A DNA stretch of 63,173 nucleotides, counting the filler. It is 6 parts of 6 records of this genome, joined end to end, with 100 filler letters (N's around TTAATTAATTAA, not from the genome) between each part and the next. Parts side by side here need not be neighbours in the genome. Positions count along the whole stretch, not along the records: positions 1 to 9,533 come from DRR378314_1065; positions 9,634 to 22,146 come from DRR378314_1070; 4 more parts are not named here. One strand, written 5' to 3'. The translations under genes were made by a program, and so were the position numbers. This document shows, one piece after another, positions 1 through 11,815 of the stretch. Under the pieces are notes generated by a model. That model did not search any database and was not told the origin of the DNA. It saw nothing but the letters and a program-made list of their open reading frames with translations. The stretch's first letter is position 1, and the number at the start of each line of letters is the position of its first letter.

Positions 1-19
1 ACCGTACACCCCGCCAGCC

Positions 20-3000
20 ATGCCGACCGTCGCGGTACAGAAGGACCAGTTTTTCCAGGTATGTACATTGGTACTATATTTTTCCTCTCTCTGCGTATGC
101 GTGTTTCCGCACGAGTACCCGTTGCGGAAGGGCGCTCGCTCGCTCGCTCGCTCGCTCGTACGCGGCTGTGGCGTGTCGGTTCGTCCGGGGGGGTGGTCGC
201 GCTGAAGGTGCCGCAGCCGCGCCCGCACCGCCCTACCGCCCATCACGCGCACGAACGAAACCACCGCCCACGAAGTGCACCGACGGCTGAACGAATACCG
301 CACATGCCGTGAGCGTGTACCACAGACATGTCCAGCGGTACCGCTTCGTCGGTGCAGTGGTAACGCCTCCACGTGCACGCGTGCGGCGTTGCTGGTGCGC
401 ACTCGCCACACCACTGCTGATCGCCACTGCTGCGCCTCGCGCTACGTCGCGGGCACCGCACCGTAGCGTTCGCTGCGTTTCGCACGAGTGCTGTGCGTTC
501 CGTACGCTGTAAAGAGCAGTAGCGCTCCATGTTTGTCTCTTGCCTCTATCTCACTGATTGTGCGTTTTGGTACGGAGTGCGTCCCCACACGTTGCTTTGC
601 GGTGGGTTCCACGGGTTACGCGTTACTGCTTTTCCCCTTACTGTAGCGCTCCGACCAGACTATGTATGCGCCGCACCTGCGCCTCCTGTATGAAGCCGCA
701 TGGCAATGCACGGTCGGTAGATCCATACGCATATATGCAGTGAATGAGTAGGATGCGTACGAGCATACGAGTGAGAGGCATCGGGTGATCCTGCGGGATT
801 GTACGTGTGTGGTTCTCCCTTGTACGCCTTCACGCGTGTGTGTGCTTGACTTGCGCTCGTTTTCCTCCGCCGCCATCACTGCACGCACACGTGCGTGAGT
901 GCATCGTGTTGAATTTGCCTCCTTTCACTGATGTGAGGGACTGGTACGGCGTCAGTGTGCGTCCATCGAGCGGCTTACCGCGTTGGTCGTGGTGTCGTCG
1001 CTGGCGCGCAGGCTCTCGGGAAGACCTTCACCGAGGACGAGCTGGAGAAGATTTTCTTCCAGTTCGGCCTGGAACTCGATGAGACCGTGACAGAGCCAGA
1101 CGAAGATGGCAAAGAGGTACGCAATCACGTGTGCAGACAGCTACGCAGCGCGCATCGGGACGTGGAGGAGACTCGCGCGTACTCTCTATAGTGACCTGTA
1201 CGTGCACGTGCTTGTCATGTGAGCCAAACGCCACCGTACGTACGCGTGCGATTGTGCACGCACAGCACCGTGCGTTCCTGTATCTAGCTCACAGTACGAA
1301 TGCAATGCATGGGATGCGATGCGGTCTACGTGCTCGTGCTATCTTCGCGGTGGAACGCCGTGTCCGTGCGCGTACACTCCTCGCGTACAAGCCGCACACA
1401 CGCACAACATCCCCTCCTCGTGCCCCTTTTTCACGTCCCCGCAGCGCCAACGAGCGCATGGATTTCGGTCCGCGGTATGCGCCTGCACCTTGTCTTGTGT
1501 GCTGATCGTGTGGCTGCGGTACGCGTCGCGTGTGATGTGCTCTCCCGTCTCCCTATCCAGGTCGAAGTGTACAAGATCGAGGTCGCTGCGAACCGCTACG
1601 ACCTCCTATGCGTAGAAGGCATCACACGCGCGCTCCGCGTGTTCCTCGGAATCGATGCCAAGCCGCCAGTGTTCACGTGCAACAAGCCGGACGTGCAGGA
1701 GAAGGTGCGTGTACCTGGTGCGCGTTGAGCGCGTGCGGTCTTCCACCGCCTTTCCCTCCGCTGCGCTCCGTTCGCCATCGTTCTCGCTCTCGCTGCGGTG
1801 GAACTGTGCGCGTGCGCTCTCCACAATGGGCAATGAACTAGTGTACACACCACGCTCGCGTATAAGTAACTACGCGTGACTATGCTCTGCCTTCATGGTA
1901 CGATGATGCGGTGTATTGGCGACTACGTACTCTCTCTCTCCCTCCGGCTCTGTGGCTCTCTCACCGTGTCGCTGTCACGTCACAGCTGTAGATGTAGCTG
2001 CCACAGTGTGCTGCTCGTTCGCTATTCTCCCGAGCTGTAGGAGTAGCTGTATGCTACTATGGCGCCATCGTACGGACGTGTCGATGTAGCTACGTGTAGG
2101 CGGTGCATTATCGCGCGGAACTGTCGCAGCAGCTAGGTGGCACTGTTGCTTCATCCCACCGCACCTGTGTGGTCCGCGCGCTTCACCTGTCCCTCCCGTA
2201 CGCATCTGCACCGTATCGTACCTAACCACAATGCTCTTACACGTGTACATCAATGCGTACGTGCGCGGGCGGGCTCCGTGGTGCGCTGTGCAGATTGTGG
2301 CATCGACGGCGGTGACGCAGATCCGCCCGTTTGTGGTCGCTGCGGTACTGCGCGGCGTATCGTTCACCGCGGAGAACTACGCGCACTTCATCGATTTGCA
2401 AGATAAGCTGCATCAGAACATCTGCCGTCGCCGCACGCTGGTGGCGATCGGGACGCACGATCTCGATACCATCCAGGGACCGTTCCGCTACGAGGCGCTC
2501 CCGCCGAAAGAGATCTCCTTCATCCCGCTGAAGCAGACGCGCGAGTTCAACGCGGAGGAGCTTATGGAGTTTTACGAGTCCGACGCGCATCTGAAGCCGT
2601 ATTTGCCGATTATTCGCGATTCTCCTGTGTACCCGGTGATCTACGATGCGAACAACGTGGTGCTTTCGCTGCCTCCGATCATCAACGGCGAGCACTCGAA
2701 GATCACGCTCGACACGAAGAACGTGTTCATCGAGTGCACCGCCACCGATATGACGAAAGCGCGTATTGTTGTGAATATGATGGTGACGATGTTCTCCGAG
2801 TACTGCGCCGCGCCGTTCACCGTGGAGCAGGTCGAGGTCGTGGGCGCGGACGGGAACGCGTTTCAGTCCCCGCAGTTGTCGTCGTTTGACATTGAAGTCG
2901 ATGCGGACCACATCAATCGCCGCGTCGGGATCCAGGCGTCGCCCGCCGAGCAGGTAGAACTCCTGAAGAAGATGATGCTCGAGCCGCGCGTCGCGGACAA

Positions 3001-4883
3001 CGGCAAGGTGCGTGCCGCGGGGACCACACGCGTCCTCTGCTCGCTCGCGGTAGTGCTCTGGGTGTGCTTGGCGGTGCTTCTGCGCGCGTTGGTTGCTGGA
3101 CCATCTTCATGGCGGTGACTGCACTCCCTCTCTTCCCGTCGGTGTACGCTCCGTGTGTTTGGAGGTGTTTATGTGCGCTGTGATGGTGTACGTGTGTGTG
3201 CGCTAGTCGCTGTGGTGTCGCTGTGCCGGTGCCTGTGCTCGTTGTACGCGCTTCGGTGTGCGCTCTCGGGCCCTCCGTTGCCCTTCATAGACGGCACAAC
3301 ACACATCGCTGCGTTTTTTGCCACACCGCCAACTGCACCGGGTAACTCGCACAGATGCGAATACCGCTGCGTACTCACGCTCACAATTTCACTGTGTGTC
3401 GATGCTGGGCGCGCAGATCGCCATCACTGTACCGCCCACGCGTCCGGACATTCTCCACGCGTGCGACATCGTCGAAGACGTCGCCATCGCCTACGGATAC
3501 GACAACATTGTCAAGACCATTCCCGCTACGAACACCATTGCGCACCAGCAGCCGCTGAATAAGCTCTCCGATCAGCTACGCCACGAGCTCGCCCAGGCGG
3601 GATATTACGAAGTGCTCACATTCGGTCTGTGTTCGCACGAGGAGAACTTTGATCACCTCCGGTTGGAAGACGATGGGAACACGGCGGTCACGATTGCGAA
3701 CCCAAAGACATTTGAGTTCCAGGAATGCCGCGCGTCCCTGCTACCGGGAATGCTGAAAACGCTCTCGCACAACCGGTACGCTGCTTGCTGGCGCATGCGC
3801 GAGTGCATATGTAGCGTGGATGGAAAGTTGTGCGTGGCGCGTGTCTGTGCTTGGTATGTCTGCCTTGAGATTGCAGTACCGGCTCGTTTTGATTGTTGCG
3901 TGCTGCTCGGTTTGCGCAACCGCATTGCACTGCAGGGACCACGTGCTGCCGGTAAAGCTCTTTGAAGTATCGGATATTGTGCGCAAGGACGACACTAAGG
4001 ACGTAGGAGCGCGCAACGAGCGCAGGTACGTCGTAGAAGCACAGAATCGGCAGGCGATCGCTGCCACATCGCTGATGTGCGTGCGCGTGCGGCGCGTTGG
4101 GCGCGAGAGACCGGGTGTTGGGTGCAAGAGCGCGGTCCCGCCAGCATCGCGAACCATGCCCATGCGATACACACGACGCAGCGCATTCACACGTACGTAC
4201 GCGGGACATGTGGTGGTTATTCGGTGGGACGGTGCAGACTGATTGCTGCGTACATGGGAATGCGCTCCCCCTTCCAAGACATTCACGGACTGGTGGATAC
4301 GGTTATGCGCAAGCTCAAGGCGTTTGGCGAGTACAAGATTGTACCCTCGCAAGGTACGAGAGCGCTCCATTTCGCATGCTGTGCTGTCTGCGACGCGCAT
4401 TGGCGGCAAAGGAACTCTCTGTTGATGATGTGTGTAGCGTTTCTGCTGTACACACACGCGCGGGTGCGGTGAGGGCGGTATCGGCGCAGCGAGTCAGCGG
4501 AGAGCGTTGTGTGCTGCCGGTGGAAAAGCCGGGGCGCTGTGAATGGGCTCTCGCGCGCGGACACGCATAATGAAAACCACACGCACAAGATGTAGCCCAC
4601 GGTGCCGCCACAACGATCCCGCCGGCCCTCATCCGCCCGCTGCACGTCGACACCGGCGGTGGCGTGGGAGCAGATGCTGACCGCTGTGCTACTGTGTACC
4701 GCTGCGCTCGTCTCGCTCTCCGCTGCCGTAGTGCCAACGTTCTTCCCTGGACGGTGCGTGGACATCGTGTACAAGGGAGTCACCGTCGGGCACTTTGGCG
4801 ATTTGCATCCGGAAGTGCTGGCAACGGTCGGTCTCCAGAACGTGGTGTCCGTTGTGGAGATGAACCTGGAGCCGTTTGTGTGA
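20..4883 (+). CDS. FARSB: Phenylalanine-tRNA ligase beta subunit, eukaryotic cytosolic type; 8 exons: 20-58, 1012-1116, 1561-1704, 2294-3007, 3417-3775, 3936-4025, 4238-4353, 4732-4883 (572 aa)
   Basis: Exons join in phase across GT-AG introns. Motifs: [84 protein letters not shown]. Confidence 0.96.
133..158 (+). repeat. (GCTC)n microsatellite in FARSB intron 1
   Basis: About six tandem GCTC units read directly. Confidence 0.85.
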
Positions 4884-5112
4884 GCGCTGGGTGCACCGGC
4901 GGGCTCTGCTGCCAGCTCACAGAGGCGCGTCGCGGTGGGTTAAATGTATGAGTGCAGACGCGTGTGACTCGGTGCGCGCGTGAACACATGCCTTGCGCAA
5001 CGCTTCGGGCGCGCGAGTCCCGCTGCGGTAGCCCACATTCGTGTATTACTACAGCACACGCGTACTGTCCCCGCCGAGGGAGTGCGCGGCGCGGCGTGAT
5101 CACCAGCGACAC

Positions 5113-8100
5113 CTAGTTCTCCTCAGCAGACTCCGAGCAGGAATCCTCGTCGCGCTGCAGACCAACAATTGCACAAAACAGACACACAAACACACAGTTA
5201 GTACCGCACCACTGGTGCGCCTCGTGCTGCGCTGCTGTGCGCTCTATCGGTCGCGAGCGGTCACGTACCACGCCCAAGTCTTCCACGCACACGCCGTGCT
5301 CCTCTTCCACGCTCCGTCGTATCGAGCCCGGTGATGCCCACGCCGTTATTTTGCTCTGCTGCGGACCACTGCTGTTGTTCTTCCGCAGTCCCGACGGGCG
5401 CGAGAGCTTGGTCCGGCGCGCATACGCCGCGCTTCGCGCCGAACGGCGCTTCTGCCGGAGGATCCCCGGCGAGAGACCCGGCGAAAGCATCGGCGACGGC
5501 GCCGCCGCGCGATCGAGTCGGCGCGCGAGCTTCAGGCGCGGAGACGGCGTGTCCGCGTCATCGGTGGGGAGGCGTGAGCGCGCACGCGTTACGCGACTGG
5601 ATGAACCGGCAGCTGCTGGCGTGGAAGCGGCGCGCGGGGTGAAAATGTGGTCCACATGCTCTTTGTCCGCTTCGCGAAGCGCCTTCTCAGCGACAGTGCG
5701 GCGCCGCGACGGCGACTCCTCCTGCGACGCTTCCGTGCTTCCGTCACTGCCCCAGGATACGTATTGCAACAGTCGCAGCACGGTCCATACGTGAGAGGTT
5801 GTAAGCGAGCGCTCTTGTTCGTTTACCGCCAGCCAGTGCGATACGCGAGGAGGTACATCTCCGAGCGGCGCGGCGTCACATCTGGGCGCAATAGCCGTCC
5901 GCGGTAACCATCCACCACAGTGCGGCGATGAAGCGTAGCGCAACGCGGCTTGCATGCCCAAACGCCCTATCCCCTCACCACCGATTGGTGCGCCAGGAGT
6001 ACGTGCCGATACAAACTGATGCACTCTCTGCCAAAGAACGAATACGCCAGCGACTATTGCACACCCTGGAGCTGCTGGCGTGCACTCTACGCTTGCACAC
6101 CATCCAACACGGCGCGCTACTGGTTCAGCAGTGCGCCGTGCAGTGCGCCACGCAGCTTCCCGCGATGGAGTACCAACACACCACAACTCCGCCGCGCTCG
6201 ATCCCCTATCCAGCGCAGGAATACAGGGTCTCATGACAAGCGCCAGAGCCGTGCTCTGTGTCGGATACCCGTGCGTACCTCTGGGTGGTATCAGCCTGCA
6301 TCCATCGCGCTCGACACTGATCCGCCGTCACTCCGCCGCCTACAGCTTGCGCAACGATGTCCCACAGCTGCGCAGAGGAGGCATCGGCGCGCGACACTGC
6401 CCGATGGAGTTCGCGCACGCGCGCCGGCGTCCACACATCGCTCTCTTGCGCCGGCACCGCGTCTGCGGACGAAGAGGCAGTGGCAGTGGAGCCCGGCGAG
6501 CTCTCCTCTTGGTCGGAGCGCTTGCGCTTGCTTGTAGCCGCACGTTTCGCCGAGCGCCTGTCCCGGCCGCCGCGCTTTGCGCCTCCGACAGCGCCATCTT
6601 CGCCGCGCGCTTTCTTGCGACTCTTCGTTCCGCGCGAAGACGTAGCAGGGCGTGCGTTTCCTTTTGATGATTGGAGCGACGATGCGGCAGGGGAGCGACG
6701 TCGCTGCTCGCGGACTTCTTCGGGACTCGTTGCGCCGGGACCATGCAAAAGCTCGGCCGTCCCGCGCAGCACCTGTGTGACATTTCCGGTACTGTCGCAG
6801 ATGCGCACCTCATTGCGCCAGAAATCCAGTGGTTTTCGTACCGCGCGGCCACTACGACGCACAATACCGATTGTATCATCCTCGGTCGCATCCGGAGACA
6901 AACACCGCTTCTTCTCCCGTGTGACGGAGGACTCTGCTCTACTGGGTCGCCTCGCGCGGTCAGGGCGGGCACGGATTTCATCACTGCTGGGCTCGTCCTT
7001 GGCGCCGGTTGCCGCATCGTTGGCGGCTGGCTCACGCTGGCGCAAACTGCGGCGCGTCCGAGGCGGCGACGGCGTCGGAGTCACGGGACGTGCGCGCTCG
7101 CCGGTCGAAGGCTCACGTCCGCCGGACGCGTCCGCAGGATCTGCCAACGGCGTAGGATCCTGTGCGTTCGCAGTCGTAGACGTTCGCGCAACTGCATCTC
7201 CATGCACGTCATCGACCGTGTTGGCAGGCGCATGCGTTCCCTCAAGTGTACATCCAGGATCGTCAGATGCCATTGCTGGTGGAGTTGAAGATTCGTCCGC
7301 GATGGGATCCACCCGATACTGCGAAACGCTCGCGGGCGGCAGCTCGCGCGATGCACTGGCTGACGCTGACACGGGTGTCCCTGCTCTCGTCGCAGCCATT
7401 TCCCGCTCTTGCCGTTCTTTCACTGCCTCTGCCAGGTCCAAGTACGACGCTGTGGGCGTATTCAGCACTTCAGTCGTCCGCCGGCTCGAGGTGCCGGTCA
7501 TCGCTGCTCCACAGCCAGCTCCCACCTGTACTGCTTGTGAAATGTCTTCGCGCGGTACACCGGCAATCGACACCTCTGTGTCTGCGCTGGCCGCCGGAGT
7601 GGAGGAAGAAATCGCCTGCCAATGCTTTGGCGTACGGCTCTTTCGGCGTCGCGATGTACTGCTTCCTGCAGAGCCTTGCGAGCCACCGCTGGGCGATCGA
7701 TCTAGCGCCTCGAGAGGTGCCTGGAGCGTACAGCAGCGTGGGCGCGCGAGCAAAGCAGAGGCGCGTGGAACACAGGAAGCGCCGCACAAGCAACCATAGA
7801 GGACGTGAGGGAATAAAGAGGCGCCTGAGCTCCACACTGATAATGAAGTGATCACGGCAGCACTGCATGCAGCAAATCACACAGCAGCGCATGTGCACAG
7901 CGACTATAGTGCAGGGACAGGAACGCGCGGCGCAAGGCAAAGTCACTACCCGCAGCGCGCGAGTCGCGCGCGCGAGACGTTTCAAGGTTTGGAAGTACGT
8001 GCGGCTTCCTACGCACCACACCTGTTACACATGCAGCAGAAGATCGGTCACGATCCACTCACACGTGCAGCACACACGCAACATTCACACATAAATATCA

Positions 8101-8732
8101 ACGCGTGTGTCAAGCTCTCACATAAAGCGTTCTCCCCGTGGCAGCGCACACACAGCGAGCTCGTGGCGCACCTCGGTCTTCTCGTCCTCCACGTGAGCGC
8201 AGGCACGTTCGCCCGTCCGGTGTGTGTCGGGAAACGCAAAGCTTCTCTCGCGTATATCGCGGTCACATGCACCGTGTGTGTTTTGCGAGACCTCGGGGGA
8301 ACAGCGCTGCGGTGCGGTGCTCGTCACACGCGAGTCGTCGTCGTGCCTCGCGCGCTGCACGTCGTCGTCGCCGTCGCCGTCGCCGCCGCCGCCGCTGCTG
8401 CTGCGGTCGCGGCGCTCCGCTCGCGGCGCATCGCGCGCGCCCGACGCCGGAGCAGCGCCAGCGACCGACGTAGCAACGACCGCACAGGCAACGCCCTCTT
8501 CAGCGCTCTGTATAGGCAGAGTATGTGTTATAGAAGACTTTCCTTGCACATTTTCCTTTTCTCCCGGTGCGGCCTGCTCCGGCACGCTGCCGATCCACGC
8601 CGGTCGCCGCGCGAGGCTCTTCGATGCCGAGGGAAACCCGGGGCGCGCGCGCGGCGACGGGCTGCGCAGCAGCGCCAAATTGCGCACACGAAAGATTGCG
8701 CCGCTGGACAACGGATCACTGGCATCCGACAT
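5113..8732 (-). CDS. KNL2/Mis18BP1-like centromere protein (CENP-C-like motif + Myb/SANT domain); predicted exons 8732-8172, 7720-6279, 5746-5269, 5154-5113 (~840 aa)
   Basis: Phase-consistent GT-AG joins. RRSGRAVRKPLDFWRNE at ~6810-6860; SANT-like WTPARVRELHRAV..LWDIVAQAV..TADQCRARW at ~6300-6440; the rest is low-complexity S/P/R-rich. ACTAAC branch site in the last intron. Confidence 0.72.
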
Positions 8733-9116
8733 GCTGGAAATTTATCGTTGAATTTCTTCCAGCAAGTATAAATTGATGGAAGAGTGTGGAGGGAAGACTT
8801 TGCAATTCGCTCCGGAGAGGGACGCGGTGCGTACTTTTGCGCACGCGCGCGCAACGAGCGGGACGGCGCAGCGTCTCGCCGGCGAGGCGGGTCGCGATGC
8901 TCGCTGCAGAGAGCTACCGCGCACGAAAGCAGGGCACAGCGCCACAGCAGCAACGACACCGAGTATTGCCTTGCTCGCACTGAAAGTTGCACGTACACAC
9001 CACCGCTTTCTCTTGCTCAATTTCTCAAGCAGAGAGAAGGAGTGACGCGGTACGAACGAGTAAAGGTAGGCGCAGTGGGAGAAGAGCGCGCGCGAACGAG
9101 CGATGCGAGGCAGCGC

Positions 9117-9141
9117 GCGCGCCAACCTCGCGCTTTCCCGC
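9117..9141. promoter_or_regulatory. Candidate E2F-type sites upstream of the KNL2-like gene
   Basis: TTTCCCGC at 9134-9141 and GCGCGCCAA at 9117-9125, about 400 bp upstream of the ATG. Short motifs in GC-rich DNA, so chance is possible. Confidence 0.3.
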
Positions 9142-9533
9142 CCAACTTGCACTAGGGTTATAGAATCAAGGGGAGCGCTGTTGCAATCTATCACGAACAG
9201 GAGCGCCAAGGGAGAGCGGCGAGCAAGAACCGCGGGGAGCGAGGACGCGTTCAGCGCACTTGCGTGCACCGAAGCAAGCCTTGTCTTCCATGCTCGTAAA
9301 CAATGAAATGGATTTTGCTTGTTATGCCTGTTCTGTACAAATCGAGCCGCTCTGTAAGAAAGGATCCGGGGCAGGTACCGGCATATGTCTGCAGAGTGAA
9401 GCTGGGGTGCACGGCTGCGCTTCCCGCAGCTGTTCCAGCAGCCGCCTTGAAGTCTCTACACCTTGCTACAGAAAATTATTTCCTTATGTAAATGACTTTA
9501 TTTACTTTGTCATAGAATCTATAAATAAGGAAT

Positions 9534-9633
9534 NNNNNNNNNNNNNNNNNNNNNNNNNNNNNNNNNNNNNNNNNNNNTTAATTAATTAANNNNNNNNNNN
9601 NNNNNNNNNNNNNNNNNNNNNNNNNNNNNNNNN
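9534..9633. other. Artificial contig spacer
   Basis: 100 bp: N-run, TTAATTAATTAA (stops in all six frames), N-run. Confidence 0.99.
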
Positions 9634-9659
9634 AGAGAGAGAGAGAGAGAGAGAGAGAG
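9634..9659 (+). repeat. (AG)n microsatellite at contig end
   Basis: Pure AG run; the likely cause of the assembly break. Confidence 0.9.
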
Positions 9660-9975
9660 CTCACAGAAATGGTAATGCCTGACACCGCCTTTTTCGCCCG
9701 AATGAAAACCATCTTTCGAAGCACGCCGGCAGCAGAGAGCGAACGGGGCGACGCCCTATGCTTGAAGCATTTTCAAGGCGCACAAGCCCACGTAAGCACC
9801 CCAAACGGACACGAAGCCATTCCGACGACAAGCGTTGAGCAAAAATACAGGCGCTCACTGAAATTTCTGCGCTGGTATTTAAGCGATCGATCCAGGATCA
9901 CCTTTTTCCAACGGCAAAACACAAAAACAAACGAGGAATATTCCGAGTTTGTGAGGGATGCCAAACGGAACATAC

Positions 9976-11364
9976 AAGAGATGGCTTCTCGCTGGTGGTA
10001 ATTAGCGTCTTCGGAGGCGCCCCGTTGAAATAAGACGCAAATTCATCATCCCTTTCATCCATTTGTATCTGTTCAAAAGAAAACGACAGAAGTCACAGCG
10101 AAGTATTCATCAGCGCATTGCAGCGAGAAGGACGCACAGAAGTATCCAGGCGACACAATGGCACCACAACATTGCGCAACTTGCTCTCGTTCCAATACAA
10201 CGGGAGGAGCACTGCAGGTTCTAAACGCCCTGCACTCGCTACCAACGTATACAATGCAAGTTTTCAAGGCGGTATCCGAGGTGATTTCTTAATGCAAAGG
10301 AACGGGAAACAGAAAATGGCGAAAACGACGACGGCGGCAGTAGGACAAGGTTGGAAACCAGGCAAGAAGTTGAACGCACTGCCGTCTTACCGCGCGACAT
10401 GCCTGTCAGCGATGAACACGCACCTCCTCGTCATCAGCTGCAACGATGGTCTCGTCCTTTTCCCGCCTGCTTTCGAGGGTTTCTGGCTCCTGTTTCCAAC
10501 ATGAGCAAAAGCATGCGTGTAATTTCAGCACGAGAGAGAGAGAGAGAAGGAGTGAGGGGGGAGAGAGAGAAACAGGCGCAATGCTTTCAGCGGTATCTGT
10601 GCAAGATGGCCAAGTGACACCGTGCGCAGTGCGCGGCAAGAGGCTCGGCGCTGGCAGCAGTGCTCGCTCTGCGACAGCGCGCTACAAAGCCTCCCTCCCA
10701 TGACAAGCTGCACGGCAAACGATAGTCAGCATTACAAGTCGATATTTGACACATACGAACGAGATTGTGGAGGAGCTTGAAATTCAAGGCCAACAACAAG
10801 CCGTGCACGACGGAGGAAGAGCAGCGAAACGCAGCATCACGGTTGCTGCACGCCACCATGTAACAGCAAAAACGGTGCGAGGGGGCCGCGTCGTGCGCAG
10901 CTGCCATACCTGTTTCGGCGGAGCCTTGTCTCCGAGCACGGAACGCTGCTCTTTCGCCTGCATACGATGTATCTTTTTCTCCTTCTCCTTATCAGCCTGG
11001 TGGGGCAAAAGATTTATACAAAAAGGAGCAGCGCAAACGCTTCAGCTGGGAGTTGCACACAAACACGCGCGTACCGCAGCAGAAACAGGAGCGCACAGAC
11101 GGCGAGCCCGCTCGTGCCCACAAACGCACAACATCTGGCCGCACTTCACGCTCGTTTTGGACTGCAACGGCCCGTAGAAGCGCACAAAAGCACATATGAT
11201 CGCACCTTACGAGCCCGGTACACCTCTTCGCGCTTCATCTTATTCCTGATATCGCCAGTCGGGATGCGGGCTTGCGACTGACGAGGAGCGCGTGAGCCCG
11301 CTGGAGCCTTGGACGAGCTCGCGCGGGAGGAAGCCCCGGCATCCTGCGTGCGCGCCTTGGCCAT
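9976..11364 (-). CDS. RPF1: Ribosome production factor 1 (Brix family), 5' part; 4 exons visible, truncated by the contig end
   Basis: Spliced peptide: ..IRNKMKREEVYRARK / ADKEKEKKIHR..APPKQ / EPETLESRREKDETIVAADDEE / IQMDERDDEFASYFNGAPPKTLITTSEKPSL, a typical Rpf1 N-terminus. Confidence 0.88.
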
Positions 11365-11815
11365 CGAAGCGTATCAGGCCAAAATAGCACAACAGAACGA
11401 GCGGAAACAGAAGCAAACACAAAGCGCTGTGCTTGCGTAACAAAGCCCAACGAGCAAACTATGAAGCTTGCCGAGATGACAGAGCGTTCGCGCGTCGTGC
11501 GCTGCAGGGCAAACGCAACGCGCAAGGACGGGCGAATAGGAATATACATACGTGCATTGACAATCCCGGCATGATCGATGCATGGATCTTTGTTTGCTGC
11601 TCACACACGCACCTCATGCGGAGAACCTCCATCGCCCCTGTGTCTCATGCTAATTGACTGTATCCAATTTCTGAAATACCGCCGACCGAGAAACACGGCG
11701 GATTCTTGTCGCTGAAGCGCCGCCGCCGCGGACGCAGCAGCGAGTAAGCGCTGAAGCTCGCTCCTGTAGCACGTTCTGCTTGTTGAATCCAAGCTCAAAA
11801 AGCGCAAACATTGCG

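Noticed and set aside
6357..7799. 480-aa plus-strand ORF
   Set aside because: Antisense to the large KNL2-like exon; low complexity, no domain.
9260..9533. Cys-rich short ORF at the end of contig 1
   Set aside because: No recognisable domain or convincing splice context; too little evidence.
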